This document shows positions 57,248-64,000 of a stretch of 64,000 nucleotides of DNA, one piece after another; the stretch's first letter is position 1; every line of letters starts with the position of its first letter. The position numbers and the translations under genes were made by a program. A model generated the notes under the pieces. That model searched no databases. It saw nothing but the letters and a program-made list of their open reading frames with translations, and was not told where the DNA came from. The stretch covers positions 288,001 through 352,000 of the forward strand of contig CP046106.1 of NCBI GenBank assembly GCA_013343275.1, in the 5' to 3' direction. The DNA comes from Candidatus Nanohaloarchaea archaeon (lineage in GTDB: Archaea; Nanohalarchaeota; Nanosalinia; Nanosalinales; Nanosalinaceae).

Positions 57248-58381
57248 TCAGTTAAGAACAGATATTTCCTCTACGGCGGAGAAAAATTCCTCAATGTCCT
57301 CTCTGTCGTTGTAGAGATGTAGCGATGCCCGGAAGCTGGGCTGTAACTCTTTGCTGTTGAACCAGGAATGAACGCAGTGACGGCCTGATCGAACAGCTAT
57401 ATTCTTTGTATCCAGTATCTCTGCAACTTGGTGAGAGCCTATATTCTCAAAGGCGAAAGAGAATACTCCTTCACCTCTGTCGCCGAGTACCTGGAGGCCT
57501 TCTACTCCAGCAGCTTTCTTTCTCATTAGTTCAGAAAGCCTTTTCTCATGCTCCTGAATCCTGTCCATACCTATATTTTCCAGGTAATCAACTGCGGCAC
57601 CTAGGCCTATAATACCTGCTGCATTCGGGAGCCCGGCCTCAACACAGTGTGGAAAGCTGCGGAAGTCAGAAGTGCGGAAACTCGTATCATTTACTGCTCC
57701 TCCACCGGTTTTCACTTTTCGGAATTTATCCTGCATTTCCTCGGAGACATAGAGTACTCCTGTACCAGTAGGGCCCAGTGCCTTGTGGCCTGAGAAGGCA
57801 AGTATATCAGCCCCAGTATCTTCTACAGAGACAGAAGTATGTGATACGCTTTGAGCTGCGTCAACCACAAGGACCCCTCCGTTATCGTGTACAACTTCGG
57901 AAACTTCTTCTAGAGGGAGTTCCGAACCATCTATATTCGATCGATGATGGAGAGATACTACCGCATCATCATCGACAGCTTTCTCTAGCTTGGCTATATC
58001 AAGACCGTTCTCTGTATCCAGAGCTGTTATTTCTCTATCCTGCCAGGGTACAAGATTAGAGTTATGTTCTTTATCAGAAACAACTACTTTCCCCTGATCC
58101 AGGGCATTTGCAGTAAGATTTAACGCCTCTGTAGTTCCAGACGTAAATGCAACTTCGCTTTCCTCTGCATCTATGAAGTCAGCAACTTTCCTCCTGCTCT
58201 CGTCTATCATTTCAGTTGTCTGTCTGCTCAGCGAGTGACCGCTTCTCCCCGGACAGGCTGAGAACTCTCTGTAGTATCTATCAACAGCCTCCAGCACCTG
58301 TTCAGGTTTCAGTGACATACAGGCGCTGTCAAGATATGTTATATCCCTATTCTGAAGAAGCGGGAAATCCTCTTTATTCAT
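57248..58381 (-). CDS. SufS/CsdA-like cysteine desulfurase (class V PLP enzyme)
   Basis: YLDSA, EHNSN, DAAQ, SGHKALGPTG and RSGRHC. Confidence 0.92.
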   Translation of the reverse strand: MNKEDFPLLQNRDITYLDSACMSLKPEQVLEAVDRYYREFSACPGRSGHSLSRQTTEMIDESRRKVADFIDAEESEVAFTSGTTEALNLTANALDQGKVVVSDKEHNSNLVPWQDREITALDTENGLDIAKLEKAVDDDAVVSLHHRSNIDGSELPLEEVSEVVHDNGGVLVVDAAQSVSHTSVSVEDTGADILAFSGHKALGPTGTGVLYVSEEMQDKFRKVKTGGGAVNDTSFRTSDFRSFPHCVEAGLPNAAGIIGLGAAVDYLENIGMDRIQEHEKRLSELMRKKAAGVEGLQVLGDRGEGVFSFAFENIGSHQVAEILDTKNIAVRSGRHCVHSWFNSKELQPSFRASLHLYNDREDIEEFFSAVEEISVLN

Positions 58382-58740
58382 AGAATCACCTCCAGCAACC
58401 CTGATGCTGCGCAACCGGTAGAGGAGGGGCCTTTACATGAACCGTAGAGATAAAGCAGGACAACTGCTCTCAGACTGATTATGAATGTAATCAGAAATAG
58501 CAGTACGAAGAGGCCTGCTAGCTTCTCCAGATGTCTGTCAACGAAGGATGCTGCTCTGGGGTAACGGCCGAGTAACGGTGAGAGGATCTTCGCCCTGACT
58601 TTATCGTCGAAACTGGACTGGCACTCCCCGGTTACGGTTTTATCTATCAGGCAGTTGAAAGCCTCTCTGGCGAGTTCTCGATGACTAGCTGAGAAAATTC
58701 CCAGGATAGAGAAAACTATTAGAGATGCTATACAGATCAT
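58378..58740 (-). CDS. Cys-containing membrane protein
   Basis: MICIASL start; two TMs; several Cys; coupled to the desulfurase gene. Confidence 0.65.
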   Translation of the reverse strand: MICIASLIVFSILGIFSASHRELAREAFNCLIDKTVTGECQSSFDDKVRAKILSPLLGRYPRAASFVDRHLEKLAGLFVLLFLITFIISLRAVVLLYLYGSCKGPSSTGCAASGLLEVIL

Positions 58741-58814
58741 AGAGTGAAACATCTACATCCGGCCTTAACTCTGTACTGGTAAAATATTCAAAAGCAGGAT
58801 GTTAACAACTAGTT

Positions 58815-59210
58815 ATGAGAGGCCGTATCGAGAGAAAGGTTGAATGTAATCCTGGCATCAGCTTCTCAGAGCTGAAGGAGAGCCTCGAGATGGCTAACGG
58901 CCAGTTACAGTACCATCTCAGAAATGCAGATGTAGAGAAGATAGACAAGGGTTATGTGGGGAAAGGTAAGTGCAGCGAATGCAGTCTGAGCAGTGTCTGC
59001 AGAGATAAATGTATACTTGGAGTTCTCAGAGACAGCAGAAAAAAGAGGATCGCCGCCCTAGTTGATGCAGGTGTGAAGAAAAAAGAGATTTCCTCTCAAC
59101 TGGGTATTGATCCATCCACTCTCAGCTATCATATCAATGACTTGAGGAAGAGTAACGTGCTCGAAGGAGATTCTCTGAGGCCCGAGATCTCAGATCAAAT
59201 AGAATTTTGA
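58815..59210 (+). CDS. Tandem wHTH regulator with a Cys-rich linker
   Basis: NPGISFSEL...GQLQYHL; CSEC...C...C; STLSYHI. Confidence 0.8.
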   Translation: MRGRIERKVECNPGISFSELKESLEMANGQLQYHLRNADVEKIDKGYVGKGKCSECSLSSVCRDKCILGVLRDSRKKRIAALVDAGVKKKEISSQLGIDPSTLSYHINDLRKSNVLEGDSLRPEISDQIEF

Positions 59211-59274
59211 TTCGTTTACTAACAGGTTTTATAGTCCGGTAGAAACTAGAGGTATGTATGAAAGGTGAAATTCT

Positions 59275-60039
59275 ATGAACAGATTTGAAGGAAGAACCGC
59301 TATCGTAACCGGATCATCTTCTGGAATTGGGCGTGAAATCGCCCAGAAACTGGCTGAAGAAGGTGCAGAGGTTGTAGTAGCTGATGTGCAGAGAGAACCT
59401 AACCAGGAAGGCCTTCCTACAGATGAGAAAATCAGAGAGGACGGTGGCGAAGCAGTCTTCATCGAGACAGATGTGAGCGATGAGGAATCGGTAAAAGATA
59501 CTGTATATCAGGCCGCTGAAAAGTACGGAAAGATAGATGTACTGGTTAATAACGCCGGTATCCATATTCCTGGGTCAGCCGTTGACACAGATATGGAGGA
59601 CTGGAGAAAGACTCTTGAAGTCAATCTTGACGGCCAGTATCTCTGCAGCAAACACGTTATAGACCACATGCAGCAGGAGGACATAGAAGGCGACATAGTT
59701 AACATTGCCAGTATCGCTGGCATCGTCGGTTACGGCCAGAACGCTGCCTACTGTGCCTCTAAAGGCGGTGTAGTGGAGCTTACACGTGAAATGGCTCTTG
59801 ACTATGGTGACAAAGGTATCAATATTAACTCTGTCTCTCCAGGTGTTATCAGAACGGCTATGACTGAGGAAATGCTTGAAGATGATGAGCAGAGACAGTT
59901 CATCGACTCAAATACTGTGTCCGAAAGAGTGGGAGAGCCCGAAGATATTGCGAACGCCGTGGCATTTCTGGCCTCAGACGAGAGCGATTTCATAGTTGGA
60001 GAAAACCTGGTCGTAGACGGCGGATGGACAGCACACTGA
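59275..60039 (+). CDS. Short-chain dehydrogenase/reductase (glucose-1-dehydrogenase/FabG-like)
   Basis: TGSSSGIG, NNAG, YCASK and VDGG. Confidence 0.95.
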   Translation: MNRFEGRTAIVTGSSSGIGREIAQKLAEEGAEVVVADVQREPNQEGLPTDEKIREDGGEAVFIETDVSDEESVKDTVYQAAEKYGKIDVLVNNAGIHIPGSAVDTDMEDWRKTLEVNLDGQYLCSKHVIDHMQQEDIEGDIVNIASIAGIVGYGQNAAYCASKGGVVELTREMALDYGDKGININSVSPGVIRTAMTEEMLEDDEQRQFIDSNTVSERVGEPEDIANAVAFLASDESDFIVGENLVVDGGWTAH

Positions 60040-60045
60040 TCCATC

Positions 60046-61020
60046 ATGAAAGTTGCATGGTTCGACGCTGAGGAGTGGGAGAAGGAGTACCTGCAGTACA
60101 AAACCTCTGATCTGGATATAGAGTTCTTCGAGGAATCGCTGAATGCCGATACCGTGGAGGAGGCGGAAGGTTTCGATGCAGTAGCAGTATTCGTTGACTC
60201 AACTGTAGATGAAGAAGTACTGAATTCTCTTGATGCAGACCTGGTTGCCTGCCGCTCTACAGGGTACGACCATGTAGATCTGGATGCAGCGGAGGAAAAT
60301 AGGATAACAGTCTGTAATGTGCCGCAGTACGGAGGAAGTACTGTTGCAGAGCACACATTTGGACTGATTCTCAGCCTCAGCAGGAAGATCTACGACGCAA
60401 TAAGAAAGGTAGAGGAAGGAAGTTTCGACCATGAAGGCCTTCGAGGTTTCGATTTGAACGGTAAGAAGCTTGGTGTAATCGGCACTGGTGCAATAGGCCA
60501 GAACGTTATACAGATTGCGAAAGGGTTCGGCATGGATGTAATAGCCTACGACCCGTATGGAGATGACAAACTTGAGGAAGAGCTTGGATTCATGTATGTC
60601 TCGCTGGAAGACCTTCTCTCCAAATCCGATGTTGTAACTCTTCACTGCCCTCTAACAGATTCAACCAGGCATATGCTGTCAGAAGATGAGTTCGACCTTA
60701 TGGATGGTGCTTTACTTGTGAATACTGCTAGAGGGGAGCTTGTGGACACAGAGGCCCTGATTAATGCATTGGAGAACGATAGTGTCTCAGCTGCTGGCCT
60801 TGATGTGCTTGAGGAAGAGTGTTACGTTGAGGAGGATATAGAGGTTATGGGAGACCTAGAAGACGAGTGTGATCTGGAACTGATTCTGGAGGATCACATG
60901 TTGATGGAGAGGAGTGACGTGCTTGTTACTCCTCATAACGCTTTCAATAGCGAGGAGGCAATGCATAGAATCGTTGACACTACCTTGGATAATTTAAGAA
61001 ATAGGGAGAACAGGGTTTAA
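60046..61020 (+). CDS. D-2-hydroxyacid (D-lactate) dehydrogenase
   Basis: RSTGYDH, VAEH, GTGAIG, NTARG and TPHNAF. Confidence 0.93.
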   Translation: MKVAWFDAEEWEKEYLQYKTSDLDIEFFEESLNADTVEEAEGFDAVAVFVDSTVDEEVLNSLDADLVACRSTGYDHVDLDAAEENRITVCNVPQYGGSTVAEHTFGLILSLSRKIYDAIRKVEEGSFDHEGLRGFDLNGKKLGVIGTGAIGQNVIQIAKGFGMDVIAYDPYGDDKLEEELGFMYVSLEDLLSKSDVVTLHCPLTDSTRHMLSEDEFDLMDGALLVNTARGELVDTEALINALENDSVSAAGLDVLEEECYVEEDIEVMGDLEDECDLELILEDHMLMERSDVLVTPHNAFNSEEAMHRIVDTTLDNLRNRENRV

Positions 61021-61562
61021 TCCCTGAACTTCCACAGAAGCAGGCCTATAGCTACGAAGGCTGTTAATGCGAACATTGGAATGGTCATGTATCCGAAGTA
61101 GTAGGTGAACTTGTCGCTGCAGGATACAGCTAGTGTCGAACAGCCGGAGGTGACCTTGCTGAATATCTGAACCGAATAATGGTAGATTGAGATTGATCCA
61201 CCGATCATAACCATTGGAAGAACGTATTCATGAACGTCTTTTTTCTCCAGCAGCAGTGCAGTTGCTGTCAGTAGCGCGAGTGGGTACATGAATATTCTCT
61301 GGAACCAGCAGAGATGGCAGGGCGTCCAGCCGAGGATATTCGACATGTAGAGGCTTCCAAATGTAGCTACCAAGGATAGAATAAAGGCTAGCTCGAGGTG
61401 CCGGGCTCTGGTTCTGTCATACAGTTTTTCCAGCCAGCTGTAGTTCCTGTAGTCGAACCCTGTAAATCTCTGCGCTATGTAAAGTAGTGTTGTACCTGCT
61501 ATAGCGGCCTGAAGTAGAAGTGTTGCTCTTGATAGTATGAAAATCAGTGATTCTGGATTCAT
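61017..61562 (-). CDS. DsbB/BdbC disulfide oxidoreductase
   Basis: PCHLCWFQRIFMYP and a second Cys pair. Confidence 0.92.
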   Translation of the reverse strand: MNPESLIFILSRATLLLQAAIAGTTLLYIAQRFTGFDYRNYSWLEKLYDRTRARHLELAFILSLVATFGSLYMSNILGWTPCHLCWFQRIFMYPLALLTATALLLEKKDVHEYVLPMVMIGGSISIYHYSVQIFSKVTSGCSTLAVSCSDKFTYYFGYMTIPMFALTAFVAIGLLLWKFRD

Positions 61563-61651
61563 GTTGTAAGTGAAGGCCCTTGAGTTAAAAACTATTTCGC
61601 CTGGTTTGGGGAACCGAAATCTTTACTTATTGAACCTGTTAACTGTGTATT

Positions 61652-62479
61652 ATGGCAAGCTTTAATGAGGATGATTTTAGCTCTCCTGAGGAAGTCGATG
61701 AGTATATCGACGAGAACGAGGATGAGCTGAGCTCCCACGACAAAGAGGAGCTTAAAGGAATAAAGAGAGATCTTGAAACTGAAAAACAGCAGAGAATACA
61801 GAAGAGAAGAAAATGGGCCAAGTACGGAATAACAGGTGTTCTTGGTCTAGGTCTTGCAGTTCTGGTACTGGGCCCACTAGTCCAGGTTGCGCTTTCGCCT
61901 TCTACCCAGCAGAAAGGTTTTAATCTTGAGAACCAGCCTATGATGGGTAATGAAAGCGCCCCGGTTACCATTGTCGAGTTCGGTGACTACCGTTGTCCTG
62001 TCTGTAACCAGTTTGATCAGCAGGTCTTCCCGGCTGTGAAGAATAACTTTATCGATACAGGTAAGGCAAAGTTCTACTTCATCAACTATGCCTTCCTGGA
62101 TCAGTACATGCCTGGCGATACAAGCCAGACAGCAGCAGTCGCTGCAGAGTGTGTCTACCGGCAGAATGAGACAGAGTTCTGGGAGTTCCATCACGCAGTC
62201 TACGACAACCAGAAGTCAGAGAGCAAGGACTGGGCTACCGAGGACTTCATGATGCAGATAGCGAGGGAAAGTACTGAAGGCCTTGACTACGGTCAACTTG
62301 AGCAGTGTCTCTCCAACCGTGAGACTGCAGACGCAGTTAACAGCGACAGGAGAATTGGCCGAGTCAATGGAGTTTCCGGAACGCCTACGATCTTTGTGAA
62401 TGGCGAGCAGCTTTCAGGCTGGGGTTACACGACGATTGCTCAGGCTGTACAGCAGGAGCTAGCTAAGACACAGGAGTAA
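61652..62479 (+). CDS. DsbA/BdbD-family membrane-anchored thioredoxin
   Basis: EFGDYRCPVC and GVSGTPT. Confidence 0.93.
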   Translation: MASFNEDDFSSPEEVDEYIDENEDELSSHDKEELKGIKRDLETEKQQRIQKRRKWAKYGITGVLGLGLAVLVLGPLVQVALSPSTQQKGFNLENQPMMGNESAPVTIVEFGDYRCPVCNQFDQQVFPAVKNNFIDTGKAKFYFINYAFLDQYMPGDTSQTAAVAAECVYRQNETEFWEFHHAVYDNQKSESKDWATEDFMMQIARESTEGLDYGQLEQCLSNRETADAVNSDRRIGRVNGVSGTPTIFVNGEQLSGWGYTTIAQAVQQELAKTQE

Positions 62480-62534
62480 AAACCTCCTGCACCCTACTTC
62501 TTCTTTTTTAAATATAGATTACCTTGTTCTCCAT

Positions 62535-62951
62535 ATGCAGCTTCCTGATCAGAAATATATTGCGGTTGCAGCCATCCTTTTCTCGGCGGCCTTTGCAGTC
62601 TCATTTATAGGGCTTTCAGAGCTGAAAAAGAATGGGAAACAGAGTGTATACTCCGAGGAAGTCAGTATCAAAGTTAATTCAAGCATTGGAATTGCAACAG
62701 GCCAGATAGATGGTAAGAATCTTACTATAATGCAGCAGGGAACCAAACAGGCCAAGTTCTTCATAGATGTTACCGGGGACAAGAACATTGATAGAGAGAT
62801 AGACATTGAGAGCGATGGAGAAATCCACAGGAAGAGAATATTTGCAACGCTGGAAGGTCAGACCTACTCTCTAACGATAGAGTACACCGATGATCCCGAA
62901 GTTGAGGGAGATGCATACCTTAAAATTACTCACGCAGAAGCCCTGAAGTAG
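62535..62951 (+). CDS. Membrane-anchored hypothetical protein
   Basis: N-terminal TM helix and beta-rich C-terminus. Confidence 0.7.
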   Translation: MQLPDQKYIAVAAILFSAAFAVSFIGLSELKKNGKQSVYSEEVSIKVNSSIGIATGQIDGKNLTIMQQGTKQAKFFIDVTGDKNIDREIDIESDGEIHRKRIFATLEGQTYSLTIEYTDDPEVEGDAYLKITHAEALK

Positions 62952-62999
62952 AAAGAAAAAAGTTGAGAGAGGCCTAGAAAGTCAGGCCTTTTTTCTGGT

Positions 63000-63797
63000 T
63001 TACCAGTCAGGACTGAAGCCCGGGTCAACCAGTCTTTCCTCTCTGTCAATCGACTCAATCCTCTCGATATCTTCTCTGTCCAGTTCCAGTTCTCCGGCCT
63101 TGAAGTTGTCTCTGATATGTTCTTCTGAAGTCGCCTTTGGAATAGCTACGACCCCTTTCTTCTGCATTAGCCATGCAAGACTTACCTGGGCCTCGCTTAC
63201 ACCATGTTTATCGGCTATCTCCTGTAGCTCAGGTATATCAAATACTTTACCTCGGGCCAGCGGAGAGTATGCTACAAGCAGGATATCATGTTCACGGCAC
63301 TTCTCTAGAAGTTCATCCTGCTGAAGTAGTGGATGCATTTCGACCTGGTTTGCCATGATATGTTCCCCGGCGATCTCCATAGCTTCATCTACCTGTTCCG
63401 GTGTGAAATTGCTGATGCCGATGTTTTTGATATCTCCTTCTTCAACCAGCTGTTTGAAGCCTTCGAAAGTTGATTCAGGTTCGTACTGTCCTGAAGGCCA
63501 GTGAATATACATCAGGTCTACATAGTCGACTCCTAGCTTGTCCAGGCTTTCCCTGGTGCTCTGGACAACGTCCTCTCTGGAGAGGTTGCTGATCCAGACC
63601 TTTGAGGCCAGGAAGAATTCTTCCCTATCAACATCGGCCTGTTCAAGGCCTTCTCCCACGTACTCTTCGTTGTCGTAGGCCTGTGCTGTATCTATATGCT
63701 TGTATCCTATGTCTAGTGCGGTTTTTACTGCGTTTCTGCATTCTTCAGGTTCCGTGTTCTGCCAGGTACCTAGACCTAGCTTCGGCATTTCAGTCAT
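63000..63797 (-). CDS. Aldo/keto reductase
   Basis: GLGTW, DTAQAY, IHWP, GISNF, AYSPL and IPKA. Confidence 0.96.
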   Translation of the reverse strand: MTEMPKLGLGTWQNTEPEECRNAVKTALDIGYKHIDTAQAYDNEEYVGEGLEQADVDREEFFLASKVWISNLSREDVVQSTRESLDKLGVDYVDLMYIHWPSGQYEPESTFEGFKQLVEEGDIKNIGISNFTPEQVDEAMEIAGEHIMANQVEMHPLLQQDELLEKCREHDILLVAYSPLARGKVFDIPELQEIADKHGVSEAQVSLAWLMQKKGVVAIPKATSEEHIRDNFKAGELELDREDIERIESIDREERLVDPGFSPDW

Positions 63798-63876
63798 GTA
63801 TAGAAAGCAGTGTAGAAGTGTGAAAAACCTTGTTGTGTAGAAATAGAGGAAAATAAAAATGTGGTGAGGAAGTCAA

Positions 63877-63999
63877 TTAAGCCCTCTTTGCATCGGATTT
63901 CCATTTGTTAACGATATTTGTTCCCTTGGACTTCTTTGTGTCGGAACTGTTATCGTTAACGTGTTCCTCTGCTCTGTGGACTCCTTCCTTTGTTTGTGC
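63877..63999 (-). CDS. 3' end of a gene truncated by the window edge
   Basis: Open frame AQTKEGVHRAEEHV...KWKSDAKRA* followed by a T-rich tract. Confidence 0.5.
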   Translation of the reverse strand, partial: AQTKEGVHRAEEHVNDNSSDTKKSKGTNIVNKWKSDAKRA

Positions 64000-64000
64000 G

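Overview
This is an archaeal chromosomal segment with a strongly acidic (salt-in) proteome, moderate GC, short intergenic spaces and an intact exosome gene cluster. It most plausibly comes from a nanohaloarchaeon (DPANN); that assignment is an inference from gene content. Housekeeping content includes sod, glmS, a thiol-redox cluster, the psmA-SBDS-rrp4/41/42-rpl37ae-rpoP-pcc1-pfdB superoperon, sepF, thiI, ychF, hisS, rpl40e, transporters and DsbA/DsbB. There are five tRNAs: Trp with a box C/D-type intron, Leu, Glu, intron-containing Ile(UAU) and Thr. An accessory/defence island spans about 17-30.3 kb and holds the following: multi-domain McrBC with a MazG-like pyrophosphatase; a P-loop/wHTH regulator; a divergent AT-rich operon encoding a TGT-like TIM barrel, a SMODS/CD-NTase and a SLATT 2TM effector (best candidate for an undescribed CBASS variant); a VRR-NUC nuclease; a stand-alone lanthipeptide/OspF-type lyase domain paired with an ART-like protein; and an unidentified structured RNA candidate. 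The palindrome AGGCCT is conspicuously over-represented. All calls come from reading motifs by eye; no searches were run.
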